IMG/VR virus record: IMGVR_UViG_3300029989_000006
Strand: one strand, 5' to 3'
Source of the DNA: a virus
DNA length: 64,000 bases
How positions within the stretch are numbered: the stretch's first letter is position 1; every line of letters begins with the position of its first letter. This document shows positions 8,254-16,527 of the stretch, in pieces. The notes beneath the pieces are model-generated. The model was not told the origin of the DNA. It saw nothing but the letters and a program-made list of their open reading frames with translations, and did no database searches. The translations under genes were made by a program, and so were the position numbers.

Positions 8254-8345
8254 AAACAAGTAAGTTCTATAAGACAGATCTCGTGTACACGACATAAATT
8301 AGAACAGAAACTAATCTGTCAAGGCTACAAGCAAAGTACTTGTTT
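8254..8345 (+). ncRNA. candidate structured RNA between tRNA-Asn and tRNA-His
   Basis: Nested stems aaacaagta/tacttgttt and gacagat/atctgtc; palindrome tcgtgtacacga. Confidence 0.4.
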
Positions 8346-8351
8346 TTAAAT

Positions 8352-8436
8352 GGTAATTGTAGCCGGTAATGGTCTCCGAACAGATTGTGGTTCTGTAATG
8401 CGAAAGCTAATGCGGGTTCGAGTCCCGTCTTTTACC
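8352..8436 (+). tRNA. tRNA-His(GTG) with long variable region
   Basis: G-1:C73, acaga-TTGTGGT-tctgt, gc-GAAA-gc variable hairpin, T arm gcggg-TTCGAGT-cccgt. Confidence 0.85.
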
Positions 8437-8451
8437 CTAAATTTTAAATAA

Positions 8452-8898
8452 ATGATAAATATTTGTAAAATTAGAAAATTTCCTGACTGGCATTATTTTG
8501 TTTATTATTTATCTAAACAAGATAGAGGAAAATGGTTAAATGTTTGGTTTCAAGAAGAAGATTGTTTATATAAAGGAAAAAAATATTCTCCTAATAATTA
8601 TTGTACCTTAAAAGAAGTTGATAAAGAATCTATGTTTCATTTATATGGAAGAAGGTTTAATCCAGTTTCTATCTTTATTATTAATTCTTATAAAAAAGAA
8701 AATCCTTTTTCTATGAAAGTTATGATACATTCAGTAGATGATAGTTCTTATGGTATATGGTTTGATTTTCCATTAGAAGGATTAGAATGTAGAAGATTGT
8801 TAATAATGAAATGGATTTCAGAGAGAAGTATAATAAATGGAGAAAAACTCCTTGATTATTGTGAATCTTTGGGAGGAGAAGACAGAGATTATAATTAA
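8452..8898 (+). CDS. hypothetical protein
   Basis: 148 aa ORF. Confidence 0.65.
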   Translation: MINICKIRKFPDWHYFVYYLSKQDRGKWLNVWFQEEDCLYKGKKYSPNNYCTLKEVDKESMFHLYGRRFNPVSIFIINSYKKENPFSMKVMIHSVDDSSYGIWFDFPLEGLECRRLLIMKWISERSIINGEKLLDYCESLGGEDRDYN

Positions 8899-8900
8899 TT

Positions 8901-9128
8901 ATGGCAAAGGATAAAGAATTTGAAAAAAAATATAAAGCTGAGCGAATTATGAGAAAAACAGTTCGGAAGGCTAAGAGACAATTAAGGAATAATGGGATGT
9001 GCAAATGTGGTATTAACCACAAAACAGATTGGCACTCTTGTCCTTATGATGAGGATATGAATGGCAATTATGAAAAAAATTGTAGATGCTGTTCTGATTG
9101 CACACACAATTGTGCAATGGATATTTAA
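8901..9128 (+). CDS. Cys-rich small protein
   Basis: CKCG..HSCPY..CRCCSDC..NC. Confidence 0.65.
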   Translation: MAKDKEFEKKYKAERIMRKTVRKAKRQLRNNGMCKCGINHKTDWHSCPYDEDMNGNYEKNCRCCSDCTHNCAMDI

Positions 9129-9131
9129 GAT

Positions 9132-9187
9132 TGCGAGGTAGCTCAGTGGTAGAGCGATTGTCGGGCGTTCGATTCGTTCCCTCGCTA
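9132..9187 (+). ncRNA. tRNA-like RNA lacking the whole anticodon arm
   Basis: tgcgagg-TA-gctc-AGTGGTA-gagc-gattgtc-gggcg-TTCGATT-cgttc-cctcgct-A. Confidence 0.75.
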
Positions 9188-9200
9188 CAAATTTAAAAAA

Positions 9201-9575
9201 ATGAAAAGTATTATAAAAGAAATTTTAAGAATAGAAAAACAATTATCTGATACTTCTTTAAAATTAAGTAATAATAATTTTCTTTTAAAAGCTTCAAAAG
9301 ATGCAGTTGAAAAAGAGAAACAGAAACAGTCAGATTTTAAAGCAAGTTTAATATTATTAACTGGACAATGGGATAATCAATATAAGATTTTATTAAACTA
9401 TTTTAAGACCAGGGAAAGAATAAGTTGGCATATTCAATATTTGAGAGAATGTATCACTGAATTGGAGCTTTATGAATCAGATTGGTTTGATTATGTTTAT
9501 AAAGAAAATATTGAATTAGAAGAATTAGAGCAATTATATAAAAAAATTAATGGGACAATTACAAAACAGAATTGA
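9201..9575 (+). CDS. hypothetical coiled-coil protein
   Basis: 124 aa ORF. Confidence 0.6.
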   Translation: MKSIIKEILRIEKQLSDTSLKLSNNNFLLKASKDAVEKEKQKQSDFKASLILLTGQWDNQYKILLNYFKTRERISWHIQYLRECITELELYESDWFDYVYKENIELEELEQLYKKINGTITKQN

Positions 9576-9933
9576 AAAGGATTTGCATAATTCTATTTTA
9601 AATAGAAATGATGCTAAAAAAGATATTTTAAGAGTTATTTACTCTGATATGAATAAAATTGGAAGAGATGTTACTGATGAACAAGTTATTAAAATTATCA
9701 AGAAACAGATTGAAGATTCTAGAGCTTGTCATACAGAAGAAGAAATTCCTTTAATAGAGGTTTATCTTCCAGCCGAAATGTCAGATGTTGAGATGAAGAT
9801 GAACTTAACAATTATGTTATCTGAACAATGTATTTCTAAAACTGATATACCTAATGCAATGAAGGCTGCAAAGACTTTTTTAGGTTCTGATTTTGATGGA
9901 AAAAGAGTTTCAGCAATTTTAAAAACATTATAA
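9550..9933 (+). CDS. GatB/YqeY domain protein
   Basis: Helical YqeY pattern: DEQVIKIIKKQI, YLPAEMS, DGKRVS. Confidence 0.8.
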   Translation: MGQLQNRIEKDLHNSILNRNDAKKDILRVIYSDMNKIGRDVTDEQVIKIIKKQIEDSRACHTEEEIPLIEVYLPAEMSDVEMKMNLTIMLSEQCISKTDIPNAMKAAKTFLGSDFDGKRVSAILKTL

Positions 9934-10100
9934 TGAAATGGGGATATAAAGTTATTATTGAAGACATGTCTATTTATCAATTAATTGAAATATTAAATAT
10001 AAATGGAAAACTTGGCTGGGAATTAGTTAATAATGTAGTAACTGATTCCTCAATGTTTAGTAAAACTTATGTATTAATTTTCAAGAAAGTTCTTTAAAAC

Positions 10101-10245
10101 ATTAATATTATACCTATATGTATGCAACTGATGGGTGAAGACATTGCAGTAGATGGATTACGGATATCCTGCGACTCTGTTTAGCAACAGAGGATAATTG
10201 TGAGTAACTTATTCCGCCATCGTCTAATAAAACAATAATATTAAT
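10101..10245 (+). ncRNA. candidate multibranched ncRNA
   Basis: Closing attaatatta/taatattaat; inner stems tgcaa/ttgca, gatgg/ccatc, ctctgtt/aacagag. Confidence 0.5.
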
Positions 10246-10283
10246 TAAAAACTTATCAGCGTATACACTGGTAAGTTTAATAT

Positions 10284-10359
10284 AGTCTCAGGGCCTGCTA
10301 GGGTGGGCGATAGCTTGTCACGCTATTCAATCAGGAGGGTTCGAATCCCTTTGGGACTG
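10284..10359 (+). tRNA. tRNA-Asp(GTC)
   Basis: Acceptor agtctca/tgggact, atagc-TTGTCAC-gctat, TTCGAAT, G73. Confidence 0.88.
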
Positions 10360-10376
10360 CAAAAAGATAATAAAAT

Positions 10377-10450
10377 GCTCTCATGGTGTAACTGCATAAC
10401 ATAACTCACTTCTAATGAATTGACTGGGGGTTGGAATCCCTCTGGGGGTA
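10377..10450 (+). tRNA. tRNA-Arg(TCT)
   Basis: Acceptor gctctca/tgggggt, tca-CTTCTAA-tga, T arm ggggg-TTGGAAT-ccctc. Confidence 0.82.
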
Positions 10451-10636
10451 CTAAATTAAAAATATGAAACAAAAAATTGAAAAACTTTTAGAATCATTAA
10501 TACCTTTAGGTATTGGTTTAATTTCTAGTAGTTTATGGTGGACACATAATGATAATTGGAAGACTTATTTACCAATTGTATTATTACTAATGGCAATACA
10601 AAGATTATTTGATAAATATAATAAATATAATAAATA

Positions 10637-10918
10637 ATGGGAGAATTAACATTTATAAATTCGAACTCTGATAAAAATAATCCAACATTACTTGGTTTAC
10701 ACCATGTTCTTGGATTTGGTAAATATAGAAACAAAAGAATAGATACTATTATAGAAATAGACCCAGGATACCTTCTTTGGTTAGTTGACAGTGAATGTTA
10801 TAAGTTTTATAATGACGAAGTTTATAAAAAAGTTAGCAGAGTAGCTAGTAAGAAAAGTTCAGAGAAGTATAAAGCAACTTATTATCCTTGGAGTAAAGGA
10901 AGAACTAAATTATATTAA
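10637..10918 (+). CDS. ExoX C-terminal/DUF3820-like small domain protein
   Basis: FGKYRNK.I...DPGYLLWL motif. Confidence 0.65.
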   Translation: MGELTFINSNSDKNNPTLLGLHHVLGFGKYRNKRIDTIIEIDPGYLLWLVDSECYKFYNDEVYKKVSRVASKKSSEKYKATYYPWSKGRTKLY

Positions 10919-10929
10919 TAGATATAAAT

Positions 10930-11005
10930 CGAGATGTTGGGGAGTCCGGTACCCCGCTTGCTTTGGGAGCAAGAGAACTCGCAGGTTCGAATCCTGCCAT
11001 CCCGA
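10930..11005 (+). tRNA. tRNA-Pro(TGG)
   Basis: C1:G72, cttgc-TTTGGGA-gcaag, gcagg-TTCGAAT-cctgc. Confidence 0.9.
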
Positions 11006-11009
11006 CGTG

Positions 11010-11265
11010 ATACTACGTAAAGCCTCTTCTAAAGAATGTAACGTAGTTATAGCAAAAGCCTTTCGGGTTAAAGGTATAAGCACCACCAGTTCCTTTCTAA
11101 AAGGAAAAAAACTTTAGGTGACGTACTAGGATAAGGCTGCCTAGTAAAATATAAGTAAACTAAAATTCTAAATGATAAGTAATTTTTAATAAAGTCTTTT
11201 GAAGATTAAAAATGATGATCCACGATGCGGCCAGAGAAAAGACCTTGGGGTTATTTAGTTACTTA
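11010..11265 (+). ncRNA. candidate structured RNA(s) at end of tRNA operon
   Basis: Non-coding; stems actacgt/acgtagt, tactagg/cctagta, taagtaa-ctaaa/tttagttactta, UUCG loop. Confidence 0.4.
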
Positions 11266-11269
11266 ATTT

Positions 11270-11304
11270 ATAAGGACATCGAAAGGTGTCCTTATTTTAT
11301 TTTT
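11270..11304 (+). terminator. intrinsic terminator
   Basis: ataaggacatc-GAAA-ggtgtccttat followed by T tract. Confidence 0.85.
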
Positions 11305-11327
11305 AACAAATTGTAAATTAAATACTT

Positions 11328-11588
11328 ATGAGATATGAAATAGACAAAACAAAAAAAGAGATAACTCTTTTAGAACCAACACTTTTAAAGGATTTGTTTG
11401 AAGAATTGGGAGGATTAGATCTATCAGAAGAGTGGATAATAAAAGGAAAAACTGATTTTAATATTGCTCCTCTTTATCCAATATATCCTACTTTTCCTCA
11501 GTTTCCCCAACCAGTTATTCCACAACAACCTGTTTACCCTTGGTGGGATCAACCTTATTACACTGTTAATTGCACAGTAAAGCAATAA
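11328..11588 (+). CDS. hypothetical protein with Pro-rich C-terminus
   Basis: PIYPTFPQFPQPVIPQQPVYPWW. Confidence 0.6.
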   Translation: MRYEIDKTKKEITLLEPTLLKDLFEELGGLDLSEEWIIKGKTDFNIAPLYPIYPTFPQFPQPVIPQQPVYPWWDQPYYTVNCTVKQ

Positions 11589-11617
11589 TTATTATTAATC
11601 TTAAAGTCACTTACAAA

Positions 11618-12022
11618 ATGAGCGCAGAAAAAGTTACATCGAAAGACAAAGCAAAGGAAAAACGTTATCCCCCAGTGGATACAGCAAATGATTCCCAAAT
11701 GGTTAGTGAAGGATTACGTCCTCCATTATTTATCCAGGATCCGGAATGGCATAGACAGACTGGCCCAGAAAGAATTGCCTTAGGAAGGATGAAAAAGATT
11801 AAGGGTTTAAGGCCCTCAGCTCCTCCTACTTTTAGAAGGATTACTCCTCATCGGATTACTGTTCACTTGAAAAATTTGAAACAGCAACCAGATTTCAAAA
11901 CTACTTATTCTGATACTATATATCAGGATGAAATTGGTAGTTATTTAGATCTGTTCTTTTCACATATGAAAGAAGAGATCAAGGTTGTTTACTTTAATGG
12001 TAAGAAGATCCGTGAAAATTAA
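11618..12022 (+). CDS. hypothetical protein
   Basis: ORF; ATG 11618. Confidence 0.65.
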   Translation: MSAEKVTSKDKAKEKRYPPVDTANDSQMVSEGLRPPLFIQDPEWHRQTGPERIALGRMKKIKGLRPSAPPTFRRITPHRITVHLKNLKQQPDFKTTYSDTIYQDEIGSYLDLFFSHMKEEIKVVYFNGKKIREN

Positions 12023-12428
12023 ACCAAATAAACTAATAACTAAATACAAGGTATTAGTTTTTAGTAATAAGAAAAGAGAATTAAATTCTCGCACACAACA
12101 TGTTAAGGATACAGTTAGATTTGTAAAAACTAATCTAAATGTAAGTTCTTCAATAATGTTTGATAAACATGCCGACAAATGTTTATTTCGTAATCTTATA
12201 GATGATATAGAATTTACTCTAGAAGATAACAGATTAATTGCTGTCGGTAAAGTTCCAATTGATGTACCTATCTCAATTTCTGTAAAACAGGAAATACTAC
12301 GTCATGTTAATAGAGTTCTTAAATCTAGAGAGTTACAATTTAAGAATAAATACGAAACTCAAGTTTCAAAATTAATTAATAATTTAAATGATACAGTGGA
12401 TCAATCAACTTCGGTGTTGGTGGAGTAA
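12012..12428 (+). CDS. hypothetical protein
   Basis: ORF; GTG start overlapping upstream gene. Confidence 0.55.
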   Translation: MKIKPNKLITKYKVLVFSNKKRELNSRTQHVKDTVRFVKTNLNVSSSIMFDKHADKCLFRNLIDDIEFTLEDNRLIAVGKVPIDVPISISVKQEILRHVNRVLKSRELQFKNKYETQVSKLINNLNDTVDQSTSVLVE

Positions 12429-12527
12429 ACAGTTTTTTGATATTCATAAATCAATGGATGATATAAAAGGAATTCCTGATCATTTTAATGAATATAAATG
12501 TCAAAGATGTGGTAAAATTTTTAAGTT

Positions 12528-12770
12528 ATGACTTATAAAATAGGTAATAAATTTAAAATTATTGATAAGGATGTAAAAGAAGAAGTTTATATTTTATGTA
12601 AACCCAATAGATTTGAATTATGTCTTATTAATATTGAAACTGGACTGCGATGGGATGCCTCCGTTGGATATGAAGATAGTCAGTTTCTTATTCCGGAAAA
12701 TATAATAGAAATGTTATTTAATTTTCAAAATAAAGAAAAATGGAAAGAAGTTTTTACTTTAATACAATAA
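12528..12770 (+). CDS. hypothetical protein
   Basis: ORF in operon. Confidence 0.6.
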   Translation: MTYKIGNKFKIIDKDVKEEVYILCKPNRFELCLINIETGLRWDASVGYEDSQFLIPENIIEMLFNFQNKEKWKEVFTLIQ

Positions 12771-12774
12771 TAAA

Positions 12775-13155
12775 ATGAAAGAATTGTTAAAATTAGAAGA
12801 TGTGGGATCAAAAGTCCTTGTGGAGTATTATCGGGAAAAAGAAAAACATGTTCCTGTTTTGATACAAATTGAAGATGATGTTTATGAAAGAAATTCCATA
12901 GTGATTAAAGGTAAACCAATTGGAGTTGTTATTGCAATTGCTCCAGGTGTTATTGGTTGGTCATTATGTAATAATGATGATGTATTTTCAAAAGAAAAAG
13001 CAATTGACTTAGCATTAAGTCGTGCTTTTCTTGCAGAAAATATGAACCATGAAGTTCGTAATAAGTTTTATGCAAAAATACCGAGATCTTTAGATAAACT
13101 GTTTGCAAAAATGGATGAAAGATCTCAATTATACTTTAATGATGATACTGATTAA
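12775..13155 (+). CDS. phage hypothetical protein
   Basis: IGWSLCN..DVFSKEKA..LA..RA motif. Confidence 0.65.
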   Translation: MKELLKLEDVGSKVLVEYYREKEKHVPVLIQIEDDVYERNSIVIKGKPIGVVIAIAPGVIGWSLCNNDDVFSKEKAIDLALSRAFLAENMNHEVRNKFYAKIPRSLDKLFAKMDERSQLYFNDDTD

Positions 13156-13459
13156 GGATCATGATTTTGAAATGGAGCAGGTAAAATCTGCTCCATTTTT
13201 TGATTTAAGCATATTGTCTCCAGTAAATGAGGGGAAGGAAAATGAAAGATATGAAATGAAATTAGTTGGATATGGAATGACTTTTGAACATTGTATGAAG
13301 ACTATGGTTATTCATCGTCTCTCACAATTAGAAGAAGTTTTTACTGTTTCAGAATATGTTCAAAGATATGCTGAAGAGGTTAAGAAATTTGCATCAAATA
13401 TGAAAATTACTTCTATTCAGAAAGCAACTGTAAAGGAGGAAAATGATGGAGATAATTGA
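13139..13459 (+). CDS. hypothetical protein
   Basis: ORF; TGA stop. Confidence 0.6.
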   Translation: MMILIKDHDFEMEQVKSAPFFDLSILSPVNEGKENERYEMKLVGYGMTFEHCMKTMVIHRLSQLEEVFTVSEYVQRYAEEVKKFASNMKITSIQKATVKEENDGDN

Positions 13460-13817
13460 GAAAGATTTTAAAATTACACATAATGGATATTGTTTTGTTC
13501 TTCATTTATTAAAATCTAAAAAAGAATTAAAAGAATCCCAAGAATCTCCTGAGTTGAAAGATTTAGAAGATAAAGAAGAGAAAGAAGATAAGTTTAAAAT
13601 TGGTGGGTATTATAGTTTTATAGATCATGCTTTTAGTGGTGCAAATGATTTTAGAAATGGGAAAAAATATCCTTTTTCTGAGTCAAAAACTGAGTTAAAA
13701 ATCCAGATTCAGAAGTATAAATTAATTACTAATGAGTTTAATAGATATTTATCGGTAATGAATTTACCTATTACTTTATTAGCAAAAAAGGTGTTAAATG
13801 GAATACGGAATATTTAA
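13443..13817 (+). CDS. hypothetical protein
   Basis: ORF in operon. Confidence 0.6.
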   Translation: MMEIIEKDFKITHNGYCFVLHLLKSKKELKESQESPELKDLEDKEEKEDKFKIGGYYSFIDHAFSGANDFRNGKKYPFSESKTELKIQIQKYKLITNEFNRYLSVMNLPITLLAKKVLNGIRNI

Positions 13818-14067
13818 TATAGGAATAAAGGATGGAATTCTTATAGTTAAATGTAAAAAACATTCTGTAACTTTACAGGATGTTAAAGAAATTAGAGATC
13901 AAATGCAAGAATCTACTGGCTTAGTTTATGACTATGTTATCTGGGATTCTTTACTTGGTTATTACAATGGATATGATTTTAATTTAAAGAATTATATCTT
14001 TTGTGGAAGTTTAAATGAGTCTTATAATATTAACAAAGTTAAAGCTTATATTAAAAATGATGACTAA
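13798..14067 (+). CDS. hypothetical protein
   Basis: ORF in operon. Confidence 0.6.
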   Translation: MEYGIFNIGIKDGILIVKCKKHSVTLQDVKEIRDQMQESTGLVYDYVIWDSLLGYYNGYDFNLKNYIFCGSLNESYNINKVKAYIKNDD

Positions 14068-14617
14068 AATATTTTTTGATACAGAATTTACAGGGTTAAA
14101 ACAAGATGCTGATCTTATTTCTATAGGTTTGGTATCTGAGTGTGGAAAAACATTCTATGCAGAGTTTACTGATTATAATTTTGTAAAATGTGATGATTGG
14201 ATTTTTGAAAATATTATTAAAAAATTAGTTTTTAATGATTATCCAAAATCTGGAATTATTATATCAAATGATCCCGCTGTATTTAGAATGAAGGCTAATT
14301 CTCTATCTATTAAAGAGCAATTAGAAAAATGGTTTTCTCAGTTTGATAAAGTAGAAATTTGGAGTGATTGTTTAGCATATGATTGGGTATTATTTTGTGG
14401 ATTATTTGGGCATGCTTTTAATATTCCTAAAAATATTTACTACATTCCATTTGATATTTGTACTTTATTTAAAATTAAAGGTATTGATCCTGATATAAAT
14501 AGAGAAGAATATGCTGATATGAATTCAGAAATATTAAAACATAATGCTTTATGGGATGCACAAGTGATTAAAAAATGTTATAATAAATTAATGTCTAATG
14601 AAATGGTTTGTGAGTGA
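14057..14617 (+). CDS. DEDDh 3'-5' exo(ribo)nuclease
   Basis: FFDTEF, YDW, HNALWDA motifs. Confidence 0.85.
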   Translation: MMTKIFFDTEFTGLKQDADLISIGLVSECGKTFYAEFTDYNFVKCDDWIFENIIKKLVFNDYPKSGIIISNDPAVFRMKANSLSIKEQLEKWFSQFDKVEIWSDCLAYDWVLFCGLFGHAFNIPKNIYYIPFDICTLFKIKGIDPDINREEYADMNSEILKHNALWDAQVIKKCYNKLMSNEMVCE

Positions 14618-15257
14618 TCCACATTACGGGCATGTAAATTTGTGTTCTGCTACATCAGTATGGCAAGACCAGGATAGATGTAGGAAATTTAAGTCACTTG
14701 AAACAATGAATGATTGGATTGTTAATAGAATTAATTCTGTTGTTAAACAAGATGATGAACTTTATTGTTTAGGTGATTGGTCTTTTGGAGGTATTGAAAA
14801 TATTTGGAATTTTAGGAACAGAATTATTTGTAGAACAGTTTATGAAATTTTAGGAAATCATGACGATCATATTAGAAATGATAGACAACTTCCTAATTGT
14901 AAATTTGATGATTGTTTTCCAGGTGAAGATTCTTTCTTTGACAATTTTAATTTAAATGCTCAAGAGATATTTACATCTGTTCAATCTTTATTAGAATTAG
15001 TTGTTGATAAACAACTAATAATTCTATTTCATCATCCAATAGATCATTGGAGAGATGCGGAAAAAGGATCTATTATGTTACATGGTCATTTGCACGGTAA
15101 ATTAAATAACTGTGAAACTAATCTGAAATATAGAAGAAAGGATGTTGGCATTGATTGTGGAGGTCCATTTTCTCTTGATGAGATTTTAGAAGAAATGAAT
15201 AAACGTGAAACTTATAAAAGATCAAATGATGAACTTATTAGTATTAACCAATCATGA
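14598..15257 (+). CDS. calcineurin-like metallophosphoesterase
   Basis: SDPHYGH, LGD, GNHD, HGHLH. Confidence 0.9.
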   Translation: MKWFVSDPHYGHVNLCSATSVWQDQDRCRKFKSLETMNDWIVNRINSVVKQDDELYCLGDWSFGGIENIWNFRNRIICRTVYEILGNHDDHIRNDRQLPNCKFDDCFPGEDSFFDNFNLNAQEIFTSVQSLLELVVDKQLIILFHHPIDHWRDAEKGSIMLHGHLHGKLNNCETNLKYRRKDVGIDCGGPFSLDEILEEMNKRETYKRSNDELISINQS

Positions 15258-15477
15258 TTTAAGAATGGGCTATAAAAATACTCCTGATTGTGATGTAGAA
15301 CTAAATCATATTCGTTATAATTGTACATCTCTTATTAAAGAAGCAGAAGTTGTCTTATTTGTTGGTAAAAAAAGAATAAAAGTTTTAAAAAATAATTTAG
15401 GACATCGTGATATAGTATTTCCATTTGGTTGGGAATCTAATGATATTATTGAGTTTTGTAAATTTAAAAATGAGTAA
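15226..15477 (+). CDS. hypothetical protein
   Basis: ORF in operon. Confidence 0.55.
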   Translation: MMNLLVLTNHDLRMGYKNTPDCDVELNHIRYNCTSLIKEAEVVLFVGKKRIKVLKNNLGHRDIVFPFGWESNDIIEFCKFKNE

Positions 15478-15889
15478 AGATATTTCTATATACTGCGATG
15501 GTGCCTATTCTTCCTTACGTGATAAGGGAGGATGGGCATTTGTTGTTTTAGAAAATGGGATTAAGATTTATTCTAAATTTTATTTCAAAAATAATACAAC
15601 TAATAATAGAATGGAGATACAAAGTTGTATTGAGGCCTGTAGCTGGGCAATTCAACAATCCTATTCTGAAATTACAATCTATTCTGATTCTATGTACTTG
15701 ATAGGGACAATGACTAAAGGATGGAAAAAGAATAAGAATCATGATCTTTGGATTTTAATGGACCAGATAAGTAAGAAATTAAAAATTAACTTTGAACATG
15801 TTAAAGGTCATGCAGGAAACGTTTATAATGAATTATGTGATGCACTTGCAAATCAAGGAAGTCATTTAGAAATTGATGAAAATGGGTAA
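15470..15889 (+). CDS. rnhA: ribonuclease HI
   Basis: YCDGA, TTNNRME, SDSMY, HVKGHAG...NELCD. Confidence 0.93.
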   Translation: MSKDISIYCDGAYSSLRDKGGWAFVVLENGIKIYSKFYFKNNTTNNRMEIQSCIEACSWAIQQSYSEITIYSDSMYLIGTMTKGWKKNKNHDLWILMDQISKKLKINFEHVKGHAGNVYNELCDALANQGSHLEIDENG

Positions 15890-16145
15890 ATTAGGACAAG
15901 GGCCTGCATATCCTATACAAACTAGGATTTATAAAGGTGGTCAAACAGAATTAGGAGAAATTGATGACACTTATTATGGTATGTCTATTCGATTACAATT
16001 AGCAGGAATGGCAATGCAAGGAATACTGTCTAATCCAAATACTGTATGTGATACTGAAGAAGAATTAGATGAACTTTTTAATGCCTTTGCTATACTTTCT
16101 TTTAAAGCAGCGGATTTATTATTAAAAAAAGAATTTGATGAATAA
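15882..16145 (+). CDS. phage hypothetical protein
   Basis: PAYP...GMSIR...AGMAMQG motif. Confidence 0.65.
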   Translation: MGKLGQGPAYPIQTRIYKGGQTELGEIDDTYYGMSIRLQLAGMAMQGILSNPNTVCDTEEELDELFNAFAILSFKAADLLLKKEFDE

Positions 16146-16527
16146 ATTAAGATGTTATTATGCACATACAATGTTGTCTTATGGTTCAACTATTGAAGCA
16201 CAAGATGTTGCATTGTTAGAATTTTTAGGGTTTGAGGTTGTTAATCCAAATAGCCAAGAAATTGAAGCTGGCGTTCAAACATATATTTTAGAACGTGGTA
16301 AAGAAAACTGCATGGATTTTTTTAAAGAAATCATAGATTATTGTGATTTGATTGCGTTTAGAGGTATGCCTAATGGAGAAATCTTAAGCGGTGTAGCTTT
16401 TGAAGTTAATTACGCTCAAAGTATTGGGCGACCAGTAATTGAGTTACCTTGTAATGTTAAGAGGCGTAGTTTAGACTATTTAGCTACAAAACAAATATTA
16501 ATAGAATTGGGACATTATAAAGTATGA
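16135..16527 (+). CDS. nucleoside 2-deoxyribosyltransferase-like protein
   Basis: YYAH, VVNP, CD, SGVAFEVNYA..IGRPV pattern. Confidence 0.6.
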   Translation: MMNKLRCYYAHTMLSYGSTIEAQDVALLEFLGFEVVNPNSQEIEAGVQTYILERGKENCMDFFKEIIDYCDLIAFRGMPNGEILSGVAFEVNYAQSIGRPVIELPCNVKRRSLDYLATKQILIELGHYKV

